Shown one piece after another: positions 10,422-20,038 of a stretch of 64,000 nucleotides of DNA (within the stretch, counting starts at the first letter, position 1; the number at the start of each line of letters is the position of its first letter). The notes under the pieces are model-generated. The model saw nothing but the letters and a program-made list of their open reading frames with translations, did no database searches and was not told the DNA's origin. A program made the translations under genes and the position numbers. The stretch comes from Candidatus Saccharimonadales bacterium (GTDB lineage: Bacteria > Patescibacteriota > Saccharimonadia > Saccharimonadales > EFPC-124): NCBI GenBank assembly GCA_035457485.1, contig DATIBO010000006.1, forward strand, positions 562,659-626,658, read 5' to 3'.

Positions 10422-11165
10422 ATGCGCAAGAAGACCCCTGTTAAATCGAGAAAAACCGCTTTTAAAATGCCGAAAATGAATCCTGCCCCCGTTGCCGGTA
10501 TTTTGGTAGCGTTTGCTGCTCTAGCATTTTTTAATGCCCAGTTAATCTCGGCCAGAGTTATGGCCTACGTGGCGCCTGCCGATCTTTCAAACGCTAGCCA
10601 AGAGCTTCACACGTCGAACATGGTCGACCCAGCCGAGACTCGTCTGAGTATCCCAAAAATCTCGGTCGACGCTCCAGTTGTTTACGGAATGGGTAAAGTT
10701 GAAGATTACTACGTCCAAAAGGCGCTCGAAGATGGCGTACTCCACTTTGGTGGCTCGCCAACGCCTGGACAGCCGGGAAACTCAGTTTTTGTCGGCCACT
10801 CTAGTAACCAGCCCTGGGCGCCGGGTGATTATAAGTTTGTATTTATGATGCTAGATAAACTTGAAGTTGGTGACAAGATCTTTTTAACATACAAAGGCAC
10901 CCGCTACACCTATGACGTAACCGAGAAAAAGGTCGTAAAACCTAACGATGTATCAGTGCTAGAAGGCAGTAAAACGCCTACAGCTACTTTTATCACCTGT
11001 ACACCGCTTGGCACAAACACAAATCGTTTAGTAATAAAAGCCAAACTTAGCGATCCAGTCTTTGCTAATGAAGACATGGAGGGCTTAAAGAGAAGCGCTC
11101 CTGAGCTCAACGCAGCTTTGCCCGGCCAAGGCTACTCTACTGTCGAGTCATTGACACAACAATAA
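10422..11165 (+). CDS. Sortase family transpeptidase
   Basis: N-terminal TM anchor. Catalytic His (VFVGHS), TxxTC (TFITCTP) and Arg (NRLVIKA). Confidence 0.85.
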   Translation: MRKKTPVKSRKTAFKMPKMNPAPVAGILVAFAALAFFNAQLISARVMAYVAPADLSNASQELHTSNMVDPAETRLSIPKISVDAPVVYGMGKVEDYYVQKALEDGVLHFGGSPTPGQPGNSVFVGHSSNQPWAPGDYKFVFMMLDKLEVGDKIFLTYKGTRYTYDVTEKKVVKPNDVSVLEGSKTPTATFITCTPLGTNTNRLVIKAKLSDPVFANEDMEGLKRSAPELNAALPGQGYSTVESLTQQ

Positions 11166-11169
11166 TATA

Positions 11170-11206
11170 AAAAATGCGCCGTTTCACAAGTGGCGCATTT
11201 TATTTT
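11170..11206. terminator. Bidirectional terminator between the sortase and GT2 genes
   Basis: AAATGCGCC / GGCGCATTT stem flanked by an A-run and a T-run. Confidence 0.7.
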
Positions 11207-12405
11207 TACTGACCAATCTGGGCCCGACGTTTTACGCCTTCCCATGCTAGTACTTTTTTACCGTGTTTGCTGCGATCACGACCCAAAATCACAACCTCTA
11301 CAAAACACCAGATAAACACAAGTAGGCTTACCCAGCGGTAAATGTATAGGTGTGGGAATGCATTAAAAATATCCCAGCGATTACTGCGCATTGCCGCAAA
11401 GGCGGCTACCACGGCGGCAACTATCACGTCGATCATAAAGGTTGCGGCGATAATCTCTGCAAAGCCGCGTTCGGCGGCAATAATCGGCATGACAACAACA
11501 TAGCTTGTGAACATTGCCAAGTTTAAACCTACTTGGTAACTAAGGTAGGCGTCGAGTTTGCTGATTTTTGTACCAATTTTATGAGTAAATAGGCCTTGCA
11601 ATACACCTTTATTCCAGCGATGAATTTGTTTCACAAAGTCGCGAAAGGTTAATGGGTCTTGAGTGTACGCAACAGCTTCTTCTATAAACTGGATTGTCCC
11701 AAGGTTCTTGCGGTGAATCTGTAAGGTTACGTCGAAATCTTCGGCAAGAGCACCCGTATTAAACGCCACCTGTCTAAAAACGTCCGATCTAAAACAAGAT
11801 GTAGGGCCGGGGATAATCGATATAATTCCAGCTAAATCTTGGAAACGTCGCACAATATCCATACCAATCGCATATTCAACGACGCGGAACTGACCAACAA
11901 TCGAACCTTTTAGACTACGGATGTAACCAGTAGCGGCAGCGTTACTGACTCGCAAGTTTTTACGGAAAACCTTAAAGTAGTTACTAGAAAAAGATCCATC
12001 ACCATCAGCTAAGTGAATCCATTTGTAGCGCTCTACAAGATCAAATTTGCGAGCAGCTTTGGTGAGGGCCAATCCCTTACCGCTACGCTTTACTCGCATT
12101 ACGTTTTCGCGACCAAGCACACTTTTAGCGACCGCACTTGTTTTGTCATTCGAAAAATCATCGACAACGTAAATGTCGCTTGGTTTCATGCCCGCTGCGA
12201 TCGCCGAACGCAAAGTATACTCAAGCACTTGCTCTTCGTTGTGGGCTGAAATTAGCAAACAAAGTGTATTTTTGCGACCACCAGTGACTTGGCGGACGGC
12301 TTGCTCGACCTTGAAAACGCTAAGGTTCTCGGTGCTTATCTTAGGACGACGAGTAGTTTTTACTTTGCGCCTCGGAACTGCTATCTGACGTGACTGATTT
12401 TTCAT
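11206..12405 (-). CDS. Processive family-2 glycosyltransferase (PNAG/chitin/cellulose-synthase-like)
   Basis: DDFSNDKT and DGDGS motifs, Q-x-x-R-W (QIHRW), C-terminal TM helices. Confidence 0.8.
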   Translation of the reverse strand: MKNQSRQIAVPRRKVKTTRRPKISTENLSVFKVEQAVRQVTGGRKNTLCLLISAHNEEQVLEYTLRSAIAAGMKPSDIYVVDDFSNDKTSAVAKSVLGRENVMRVKRSGKGLALTKAARKFDLVERYKWIHLADGDGSFSSNYFKVFRKNLRVSNAAATGYIRSLKGSIVGQFRVVEYAIGMDIVRRFQDLAGIISIIPGPTSCFRSDVFRQVAFNTGALAEDFDVTLQIHRKNLGTIQFIEEAVAYTQDPLTFRDFVKQIHRWNKGVLQGLFTHKIGTKISKLDAYLSYQVGLNLAMFTSYVVVMPIIAAERGFAEIIAATFMIDVIVAAVVAAFAAMRSNRWDIFNAFPHLYIYRWVSLLVFIWCFVEVVILGRDRSKHGKKVLAWEGVKRRAQIGQ

Positions 12406-13301
12406 TATTGTGCCTTCTGCTTATCGTAAGCGTTTAAAGCTTCTTCCATCGTGACTATGCGAATTTGGCTATCCTTAATAGTGGCCATTTGCTCGTCTAA
12501 CTGTTTGGGTGTGACGGCGTAATAATCTTCAGATTCATCTTCGATCTGGTGGTAGATCAATATGATCCACGCATTTTTTTCTTTTGCAGCCTCTATAAAA
12601 CGGATAATTTGGTCGACGGTTGTGGTGCGCCGTATACTGAACGCACTAATTTGGTAGGGGTTAAAATTACTACGCATGTTAAATGATCCGTCATAAAGAG
12701 TGTCAATATCAGCATCAGTATTGCGATGGGAGCGGTAGTATTTTTGAATCTCGTTGATAACCTCTTGGTTCTGGCGGTTAAGTGGTGAAGCAAAATCTTT
12801 GACTTCTTTGCCAACTAACTTCGAGATCGCATCGCGTGACTCTTTAAGTTCAAACTCTAGCTCCTCGTGATTAAGCGAAGTTAGGTCATTATGGCTAACG
12901 GTGTGAGATTGAATATCGTGACCAGCTCGGTGTAGTGAAATAATCTGGTCGCGCGACAAATAATTTAAGAAGTCGAGTGATCCGCTTAAAACGTATTGGG
13001 TTGTGCGAATGCCGTGTTTGTCTAAAATTGGCGCACCTTTGCTGTAAACGCTCTCCCAGCCATCGTCAAACGTAACACTGATCATCGGTTCGTCAAAAAG
13101 CCTTACTTCCCCTGGTTCTGGCTGTAAAGTCTGCAAAGTAATTGTGTGGCGTTGGTCGGCAAAAAATGTATTTTTAACCCAAACGCCTACTGATAATATC
13201 GGCAAAAGTGTAACACAAATAGCAATGGCCGAAAGAACGAACTTGTTAGCTCGCTTTAGTTTTCGGCCGTTGCCTTGTGCTGATTTTTTAGGGCTTACCA
13301 T
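12405..13301 (-). CDS. Polysaccharide deacetylase (NodB/CE4 domain), membrane anchored
   Basis: TFDDG and HTVSH motifs. Stop overlaps the GT2 start. Start placed at ATG 13301; the track start at 13361 would overlap the upstream micro-ORF. Confidence 0.8.
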   Translation of the reverse strand: MVSPKKSAQGNGRKLKRANKFVLSAIAICVTLLPILSVGVWVKNTFFADQRHTITLQTLQPEPGEVRLFDEPMISVTFDDGWESVYSKGAPILDKHGIRTTQYVLSGSLDFLNYLSRDQIISLHRAGHDIQSHTVSHNDLTSLNHEELEFELKESRDAISKLVGKEVKDFASPLNRQNQEVINEIQKYYRSHRNTDADIDTLYDGSFNMRSNFNPYQISAFSIRRTTTVDQIIRFIEAAKEKNAWIILIYHQIEDESEDYYAVTPKQLDEQMATIKDSQIRIVTMEEALNAYDKQKAQ

Positions 13302-13318
13302 ATGCCCGTTGCTGGCTG

Positions 13319-13489
13319 TTAGGCTGTAAACTTGGCGGTGCGAGAATAAATGACGCCCCACACAAGCATTCCTAACGCCATCGCAACAGCAATCTGAACT
13401 GTTACTTCAGATCCTGTGTTTGGTAGAATCGCAACAACTGCTGGAGCCGTTGCAGCCAAAATATGTTGGTCGTTATACATGCCTGCCAT
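13319..13489 (-). CDS. 56-aa micro-protein made of a short N-terminus plus an LPNTG sorting-signal-like C-terminus
   Basis: MAGMYNDQHILAATAPAVVAILPNTGSEVTVQIAVAMALGMLVWGVIYSRTAKFTA. Preceded by a GAGGA RBS and the promoter at 13521-13549. First gene of the deacetylase-GT2 operon. Below the 60-aa cutoff of the ORF track. Confidence 0.55.
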   Translation of the reverse strand: MAGMYNDQHILAATAPAVVAILPNTGSEVTVQIAVAMALGMLVWGVIYSRTAKFTA

Positions 13490-13520
13490 TCCTCTGTAGG
13501 TAAGTTAATAATCTAGATTG

Positions 13521-13549
13521 TTTATACACTTTTGTTATTAAAAAGTCAA
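13521..13549 (-). promoter_or_regulatory. Promoter (TTGACT-17-TATAAA, TGn-extended) for the micro-ORF/deacetylase/GT2 operon
   Basis: Reverse-complement reading. Spacing counted as 17 nt. Confidence 0.55.
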
Positions 13550-13777
13550 GTCTAATATAATCATAAAGTAGTAATGTCAATGCTTATGGTTAGAATTACA
13601 GTAGTGGAGTTAGATCCAAGCGAACGGTGACGAATTATGTTATAAATAGTATTTAAAGTATTAACGCTTTACTTTTTTACCCTGAATAGTTTATAATCAC
13701 GACATAAATTAATCGCAACGACAACTCGCTGGGTTACAAAGTATTCACCAGAGAGGTTACGTTGCACGGAGTATTAA

Positions 13778-14101
13778 ATGACCCCAACCCCAGAAGTAAA
13801 GCAGCGAATTCGTATTCGCCTAAAAGCTTACGACCACAAAGTGATCGACCAATCTGCCAAACAGATTATAGATACAGCACTTCGCACTGGCGCTAGCATC
13901 TCAGGTCCTGTGCCTTTGCCAACTCGCAAAAGCACTTACACAGTAGTAAAAAGCCCGCACGTGTACAAAAAAGGTGGTGAACACTTTGAAATGCGCGTTC
14001 ATAAACGCTTGATCGACATCACAAGCCCGACACCTAAAACAATCGATTCATTGCAAAACCTTAGCTTGCCAGCTGGTTGCGACGCCGAAATTCGAATGTA
14101 G
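13778..14101 (+). CDS. rpsJ: 30S ribosomal protein S10
   Basis: [16 protein letters not shown]... canonical S10. Confidence 0.97.
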   Translation: MTPTPEVKQRIRIRLKAYDHKVIDQSAKQIIDTALRTGASISGPVPLPTRKSTYTVVKSPHVYKKGGEHFEMRVHKRLIDITSPTPKTIDSLQNLSLPAGCDAEIRM

Positions 14102-14119
14102 TCTAGCTCGAAATAAAAA

Positions 14120-14148
14120 ATGCCCTCGACATAGTTGGGGGTATTTTA
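14120..14148 (+). terminator. Terminator-like hairpin plus T-run directly after rpsJ
   Basis: GCCCTC / GGGGGT stem (one G-U pair) followed by TATTTT. Confidence 0.45.
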
Positions 14149-14215
14149 GTGAGGCTCATTGATGCGGCTAGCAAAGTTGCCCACACGATCAATGTAGGTT
14201 AAACTTAAAATACTT

Positions 14216-14485
14216 ATGGCTAAACAAAAACCTCAAAAAAACGAAACCGATAGCATTTACTTTTTAAAACTCGTTCTATATATTTTAGCCGGCTCGTTCT
14301 GGTTGCGTTTTAGTGAACCCTTGCAGATCGGTGACTGGATAATTGGCGCGGTGCCGGTCGGACTAGTAATTGGCTTGATTTTCGCGCATCACGATCATTT
14401 TCAGCTTGACCGCAAAGTTGAATACGCCGTTCTTTTGATTGCAACTATAATTAGTTTCTTTTTGCCAACCGGAATTATTGTATAG
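14216..14485 (+). CDS. Small membrane protein (89 aa)
   Basis: Three hydrophobic segments. No family recognised. Confidence 0.55.
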   Translation: MAKQKPQKNETDSIYFLKLVLYILAGSFWLRFSEPLQIGDWIIGAVPVGLVIGLIFAHHDHFQLDRKVEYAVLLIATIISFFLPTGIIV

Positions 14486-14540
14486 TTTTGTTCGATCGTA
14501 TAAGCTTAAACTAAGTACGTAAACTACTTTGGGGTATTTA

Positions 14541-15860
14541 GTGAAGCAAAAAACCGACCTACAAAAGTATCAGCAAGAGATTGAAAGACAGCTAAATAGT
14601 ATTGCGCCCGTGTTTGCTAAGGCAGCGATTGGGGATTTTTCGCAGAATGTAAAGATCCCGCGCCATAAAAGCGAGCTGACGGAATTTTTTATTGGTGTGC
14701 AGCTTATTCTCAGTGCGATTCGAGACAAAATAAGTCAACTTGAAACTTCTGTTAAGGACCTTAAAGCCGCTAACAAACTTATCGAAAACGAAAAAACGCG
14801 CGTCGAAGCGATCTTAAACAGTTTAGGTGATGGTCTAATCACCTTTAGTAAATCTGGCCGCACAACGTTTGTTAATGACATGGCGACGAAAATGATTGGC
14901 CCTAATGCCAGTAAGCCCGGGCAAGACATAAATAAGCTTCTAGCTTTAAAACATCGAACCGGACTGGATATTAGCGAGTCGGAGAACCCGTTTAAGATTG
15001 CACTGGCTAAAAAGAAACAGGTCACCTCGAGGCTAAATATAGGAACGCCGTACTATTTTGTTAACGCCGACAATGTGACAATTAGGATTGCATTAACCAT
15101 AACGCCGATCAGACTAGATCACTCGTTTTCGGGTGCAGTAGTTATTTTTAGAGATATAACAGATGAAGCGAATGCTGACCGCGCTAAAAGCGAAATTGTT
15201 TCACTAGCGTCACATCAGCTCAGAACGCCGCTCACAACTGTTAGATGGTATATAAACGAATTAGTAAAACATAGTTTGACACCAAAGAAGCGTACGCAGT
15301 ACTTGGCGCAGATCCAGGCTTCCAACCAGCGCATGATTGACCTTGTAGAGCACTTGTTAAACGTGTCTCGGATCGAACTCGGCACGCTCTCGCTTGATAT
15401 TGAACCTGTTAACCTAACTGAGCAAGTCGACGGCGTCATAGAAGATTTGACTGTGCGGATCAAAGAAAAGAATCTAAAAATCATTAAAAATTTTGAAAAC
15501 GCACCCGCCAAAGTTTACGCCGACAAAGATAGTCTGCGTATTATACTGCAAAATTTAATTTCTAACGCCGAGGAATATTCTAATGAAAATTCATCAATAG
15601 AAATAACTGTGACCAAACAAGATAAGCACGCGCTTGTAAAGGTAGCTGACAAAGGTTGCGGAATTCCCGCCGATCAGCAATACCACATTTTTACTAAGCT
15701 TTTTAGAGCAACCAATGCCAACAATATGTCCACGACCGGCTCGGGGTTGGGTCTGTATATCTCAAAAGCGCTGATTGAGCAGATGAAAGGTAAGATCTGG
15801 TTTACCTCTAAAGAAGGCGTGGGGACAACGATGTTTATAACGATACCGTTAAAAAAGTAA
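14541..15860 (+). CDS. Cytoplasmic PAS-domain sensor histidine kinase
   Basis: H-box SHQLRTPLT and G2 box GSGLGLYISK; no TM segment. GTG at 14541 follows GGGG, with an alternative TTG at 14529. Confidence 0.85.
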   Translation: MKQKTDLQKYQQEIERQLNSIAPVFAKAAIGDFSQNVKIPRHKSELTEFFIGVQLILSAIRDKISQLETSVKDLKAANKLIENEKTRVEAILNSLGDGLITFSKSGRTTFVNDMATKMIGPNASKPGQDINKLLALKHRTGLDISESENPFKIALAKKKQVTSRLNIGTPYYFVNADNVTIRIALTITPIRLDHSFSGAVVIFRDITDEANADRAKSEIVSLASHQLRTPLTTVRWYINELVKHSLTPKKRTQYLAQIQASNQRMIDLVEHLLNVSRIELGTLSLDIEPVNLTEQVDGVIEDLTVRIKEKNLKIIKNFENAPAKVYADKDSLRIILQNLISNAEEYSNENSSIEITVTKQDKHALVKVADKGCGIPADQQYHIFTKLFRATNANNMSTTGSGLGLYISKALIEQMKGKIWFTSKEGVGTTMFITIPLKK

Positions 15861-15869
15861 GGAGTAATT

Positions 15870-16241
15870 ATGGCTAAAAAAATACTGATCATTGAGGACG
15901 AAAAACCGTTGGCAAACATGCTGGCGACAAAACTGCATGACGAAGGCTATGAAACAGATGTGGCTTTTGATGGCGAGCAGGGGTTAAAAAGAGCTTTGGA
16001 GTGGGATCCTAACCTGGTCTTATTAGACCTCGTAATGCCCAAAATGGATGGCATGACAATGTTGCGCCGTTTGCGCGACGACGATAAAGGCAAAAACCTA
16101 CATGTCATTCTACTTACTAACCTTAGTGATACATCCAAAGTTTATGAAGCGGTAACGTTGGGAGTTAAAGACTATTTAGTCAAAACCAACTGGGATCTTG
16201 ATGAGATTATCGAGGAAATTAAGAGTAAAATAGAGGAATAG
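15870..16241 (+). CDS. Single-domain (CheY-like) response regulator
   Basis: Receiver-domain motifs (IIEDE, LLDLVMPKMDG, conserved K). No output domain. Confidence 0.85.
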   Translation: MAKKILIIEDEKPLANMLATKLHDEGYETDVAFDGEQGLKRALEWDPNLVLLDLVMPKMDGMTMLRRLRDDDKGKNLHVILLTNLSDTSKVYEAVTLGVKDYLVKTNWDLDEIIEEIKSKIEE

Positions 16242-16261
16242 TACGACAAAGTTTTTAACTA

Positions 16262-16291
16262 TTGACTCTCAGAGGTGGTATCTGTTATACT
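16262..16291 (+). promoter_or_regulatory. Promoter of rplC and downstream genes (TTGACT-18-TATACT), followed by a roughly 100-nt structured leader
   Basis: Hexamers read directly. The leader contains a CTTGGTA...TACCAAG helix (16340-16377). Confidence 0.5.
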
Positions 16292-16396
16292 ACCCGATGT
16301 AACTTTCTATCAAGATTAAATTTAAGAAGTCTTGGTACGCTTGCAGGTCCGGGAACGGAAACCGCTAGATACCAAGATTTTCTAATGGGAGAACGC

Positions 16397-17011
16397 ATGA
16401 AAGCGCTACTCGGTACCAAAATCGGTATGACCCAGATCCTTCAGGAGGATGGTGTTGCTGTTCCAGTAACTATCATTCAAGCTGGCCCATGTACTGTCAC
16501 TCAGGTGAAGTCCGTAGAAAAAGACGGATACAGCGCAGTACAGATTGGGTACGGACAGGGTAAGAACCTGAGCAATGCCACAAAAGGCCACGTAAAAGCG
16601 GCCAACGCAAACCCTAATCATTTGCGCGAAGTTCGCGTTGACGAATTGCCAGAAGGCGTTACTGTAGGTTCTAACCTAGATGTAACAACCTTTGAAGTTG
16701 GCGAACAAGTTGACGTAACTGGTACGAGCAAAGGTAAAGGTTTTGCGGGAAACATTAAGCGTCACAACTTTAACGCACAACCACGCAGCCACGGTTCAAA
16801 AGCTTATGCTCGCCGCCCTGGTTCAATCGGTTCAATGTACCCACAACGTGTGTTCAAAGGTAAAAAGATGGCCGGCCGAATGGGCGGTGATCAGGTTACT
16901 GTTAAGAACCTCGAAATTGCATTGATCGATGTAGAGCGTAATCTTATTGGCGTTAAAGGTGCAATCCCAGGCCCTCGTCGCGGTCTCGTGATGATTGGAG
17001 GTACCAAATAA
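16397..17011 (+). CDS. rplC: 50S ribosomal protein L3
   Basis: MKALLGTKIGMTQ is the canonical L3 start, after a GGGAGA RBS. The track ORF from 16262 reads through the promoter and leader. Confidence 0.95.
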   Translation: MKALLGTKIGMTQILQEDGVAVPVTIIQAGPCTVTQVKSVEKDGYSAVQIGYGQGKNLSNATKGHVKAANANPNHLREVRVDELPEGVTVGSNLDVTTFEVGEQVDVTGTSKGKGFAGNIKRHNFNAQPRSHGSKAYARRPGSIGSMYPQRVFKGKKMAGRMGGDQVTVKNLEIALIDVERNLIGVKGAIPGPRRGLVMIGGTK

Positions 17012-17607
17012 TGGCCGAAACTAAAACAACTCTACCAAAAAATGTTTTTGCGGTAGAAGTACCTAACCACGAACTGCTTAAGTTGGCTTACGAAGCTTAC
17101 TTGGCAAATGGTCGTGGCAATTACGCTAAAACCTTGACTCGAGGTTTGGTGAGCGGTGGTGGTAAAAAACCATGGAAGCAAAAAGGCACAGGTCGTGCAC
17201 GTTTTGGTTCTAGTCGTAACCCAATCTGGCGAAAAGGTGGTATCGTATTTGGTCCAACTGGTACTGAAAACTACAGCAAAACAATCGCTACAGGCGCTAA
17301 ACGAGTAGCTTTGCGACAGGCTCTTACTGTTGCTAACCAAGCTGGCCGTATTTTGGTTGTAGATGATATCAAAGCTACAGGCAAAACTGCTGAAATGGTC
17401 AAGTTCTTGGCTAGTCACAAAGCAGAAGGCAATGTAGTTATTGCTGTTGACACTAAAAACGATATGGTTGTTCGCGCAACAAACAACATCCAAGACGTTA
17501 AATTAGTTCAAGCTAAATACCTAAACGTATTCACGATTTTAAACGCTGACATGCTTATTTTGACTAAGCCTGCGGTTGCTATGATCGAAGAATGGCTAGG
17601 AGCGTAG
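17011..17607 (+). CDS. rplD: 50S ribosomal protein L4
   Basis: Sequence and operon position. Confidence 0.95.
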   Translation: MAETKTTLPKNVFAVEVPNHELLKLAYEAYLANGRGNYAKTLTRGLVSGGGKKPWKQKGTGRARFGSSRNPIWRKGGIVFGPTGTENYSKTIATGAKRVALRQALTVANQAGRILVVDDIKATGKTAEMVKFLASHKAEGNVVIAVDTKNDMVVRATNNIQDVKLVQAKYLNVFTILNADMLILTKPAVAMIEEWLGA

Positions 17608-17611
17608 AGTC

Positions 17612-17908
17612 ATGGAATTAAAAATCATCCCACACATCAGTGAGAAAACTTACGCACAAAGCCTAAACAACGTATATGTGTTTAAAGTCCCAGCAACTGC
17701 TAACAAGCAAATTGTTGCAGACGCTGTTGCTAAGCAATACGACGTGAAGGTTGAAGACGTAAAAATTATCATTGCAAAAGGCAAAGTTAAGACTAGCTAT
17801 CGTGGCGGAAAACCAGTTAAAGGCCAACGTCGCGATATTAAAAAAGCTTATGTTCGCCTTGCAGAAGGTAGTAAAATTGCAATGTTTGAGCAAGAGGAGA
17901 CTAAGTAA
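17612..17908 (+). CDS. rplW: 50S ribosomal protein L23
   Basis: Sequence and operon position. Confidence 0.95.
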   Translation: MELKIIPHISEKTYAQSLNNVYVFKVPATANKQIVADAVAKQYDVKVEDVKIIIAKGKVKTSYRGGKPVKGQRRDIKKAYVRLAEGSKIAMFEQEETK

Positions 17909-18744
17909 TGGCTATTAAAGCAATGAAACCAACTACTCCAGCTCAGCGAGGCATGACAAGTCAAGACTTTAGCATGGTTACTACCAAAAAACCTTTGCGA
18001 AGCTTGCTTAAGATCAAAAAGTCTACTGCTGGACGAAACAACACTGGCCGTATTACTACTCGACACCGCGGTGGTGGTGTAAAGCAGTTCTACCGTCTTG
18101 TTAATCACAACTTGCCTGCCGGTACAATTGCTACCGTTGAACAGATTGAATACGACCCAAACCGCAGTGCGCGAATTGCTCGTATCAAAGATCAAAACAA
18201 CCTTTACCACTATGTTATTGCTGATGCGAACATGACAAAAGGTGTGAAGATTCAAGCTGGCGCAGATGCTGCGATCGAAAATGGCAACCGCTTGCCACTA
18301 AGCAACGTTCCTGTTGGTTCGTTTGTTTACAACATCGAATTGCAGCCGGGTAAAGGTGGTCAAATGGTGCGATCTGCTGGCGCAAAAGCTCAGCTTATCG
18401 CTCGCGAAGGCGACTACGCCCAGTTGCGCTTGCCGAGTGGCGAAATCCGCAAAGTGCGCGTAGAGTGTATGGCTAGCCTAGGCGCCGTTGGTAACGAACA
18501 ACATCAAAACGTGAAGATTGGTTCAGCTGGTCGTAAGCGTCGAATGGGTATTCGCCCAACAGTTCGTGGTGTCGTGCAAAACGCTGTTGATCACCCACAC
18601 GGTGGTGGTGACGGTGGTCGTCACGGTAGCGGTAAAGCACCTCGTAGCCCATGGGGTCAGTTGACTCTTGGTTACAAGACTCGTCGCCGCAAAGCAACTA
18701 ATAAATATATCGTGCGCAATCGCCACGAGGCTAAGAGGAAGTAA
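17908..18744 (+). CDS. rplB: 50S ribosomal protein L2
   Basis: Canonical L2 (..HPHGGGDG..). Confidence 0.97.
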   Translation: MAIKAMKPTTPAQRGMTSQDFSMVTTKKPLRSLLKIKKSTAGRNNTGRITTRHRGGGVKQFYRLVNHNLPAGTIATVEQIEYDPNRSARIARIKDQNNLYHYVIADANMTKGVKIQAGADAAIENGNRLPLSNVPVGSFVYNIELQPGKGGQMVRSAGAKAQLIAREGDYAQLRLPSGEIRKVRVECMASLGAVGNEQHQNVKIGSAGRKRRMGIRPTVRGVVQNAVDHPHGGGDGGRHGSGKAPRSPWGQLTLGYKTRRRKATNKYIVRNRHEAKRK

Positions 18745-18746
18745 CT

Positions 18747-19010
18747 ATGAGTCGTTCACTTAAAAAAGGACCTTTTGTAGACCCAAAACTTGCAAAAAAA
18801 GTTGCTGCACTTGGCGCTGACGACCGTACAGTAATTAAAACTTGGGCTCGCTCAAGTACAATTACTCCAGATATGGTTGGACGCAACTTTGCAGTTCACA
18901 ATGGTAAAGTACATGTACCAGTTTTTGTAAGTGAAAACATGGTTGGACACAAGTTAGGCGAATTCAGCCCAACTCGTAAATTCCGTGGTCACGCGAAGAA
19001 GGACAAATAA
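18747..19010 (+). CDS. rpsS: 30S ribosomal protein S19
   Basis: [11 protein letters not shown] canonical. Confidence 0.97.
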   Translation: MSRSLKKGPFVDPKLAKKVAALGADDRTVIKTWARSSTITPDMVGRNFAVHNGKVHVPVFVSENMVGHKLGEFSPTRKFRGHAKKDK

Positions 19011-19012
19011 CC

Positions 19013-19405
19013 ATGGCAGAGATGATTAAAGTACAAGCAACAGCTAAAGGTGTTCGCCAAAGTCCGCGTAAAATCGGCTTGGTTAGCGCACTTGTTCGTG
19101 GTCGAACTGTAGCTGATGCTCTAACAATTTTAGGACACACTCCAAAGCGTGCCGCAAGTCCCGTTGCTAAGGTGATTGCATCTGCAAAAGCCAACGCAAT
19201 CAGCAAAGGCTTGGCCGAAAAAAGCTTGCGCATTGACCAGCTTCAAGTTACTTCTGGTCCACGTCTAAAGCGATACATGCCAGCAGCTCAAGGCCGCGCA
19301 CTTCCGTTCATGAAGCGCTCAAGCCACATTTTGGTTGTTTTAGGCGGCGAAATGAAGCCTAAAAAAGTTGCTGCAAAAGCTGAAACTAAAAAGGAGGCTA
19401 AGTAA
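19013..19405 (+). CDS. rplV: 50S ribosomal protein L22 (Lys/Ala-rich C-terminal tail)
   Basis: Sequence and operon position. Confidence 0.95.
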   Translation: MAEMIKVQATAKGVRQSPRKIGLVSALVRGRTVADALTILGHTPKRAASPVAKVIASAKANAISKGLAEKSLRIDQLQVTSGPRLKRYMPAAQGRALPFMKRSSHILVVLGGEMKPKKVAAKAETKKEAK

Positions 19406-20037
19406 TGGGTCAAAAAGTAAATCCAATTAGCATGCGCCTTCAGGTTCACAAAAACTGGAGCAGTAAGTGGTTTAGTGCTAACAAGCGCGAATACGCCGAA
19501 TGGCTTAGACAAGATCTAGAGGTTCGCCGAGTTATTGAAAGTAAGTTCTCAACTCGCGCAACTATTCAAAAAATCGACATTGAGCGTGCTCCAAACCTAG
19601 TGACTGTAACCGTTCACACAGCTAAGGCTGGTGTGGTCATTGGTCGCGGTGGCGCTGGTGCTCAAGAATTAAAAGCTGCAATCGAGAAAATTTTGCAAAA
19701 ACCTGCTCGTCTTAACATTGAAGAAGTTAAGCGCCCAGAACTTGCTGCAAAACTTGTTGCAGAGAACATTGCTCGTCAGATGGAACGTCGCATTAGCTGG
19801 CGTCGTGCTGTAAAAATGGCTGCTCAAAACACCATGAATGCAGGCGCTAAGGGTGTTCGTATCGAGGTTGCTGGCCGTTTGGGCGGCGCCGAGATGAGCC
19901 GACGCGAAAAAGAAATCCAAGGTAGCGTACCTTTGCACACTTTGCGCGCCGACATCGACTACCATCTTGCGACAGCCCAAATCCCTAACGCCGGCATTGT
20001 TGGCGTAAAGGTTTGGATCTATAAGGGGGAAGCGTAA
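19405..20037 (+). CDS. rpsC: 30S ribosomal protein S3
   Basis: MGQKVNPI canonical. Confidence 0.97.
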   Translation: MGQKVNPISMRLQVHKNWSSKWFSANKREYAEWLRQDLEVRRVIESKFSTRATIQKIDIERAPNLVTVTVHTAKAGVVIGRGGAGAQELKAAIEKILQKPARLNIEEVKRPELAAKLVAENIARQMERRISWRRAVKMAAQNTMNAGAKGVRIEVAGRLGGAEMSRREKEIQGSVPLHTLRADIDYHLATAQIPNAGIVGVKVWIYKGEA

Positions 20038-20038
20038 C

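Noticed and set aside
16262-16396. N-terminal 45-aa extension of L3 suggested by the ORF track. Similar 5' extensions appear for rpsD (28002), rpsE (23829), rplA (61820), the 7331 ORF and the GH gene (589).
   Set aside because: The extensions start at non-ATG codons without an RBS. They overlap upstream genes, promoters or leaders. The canonical N-termini with an RBS lie downstream.
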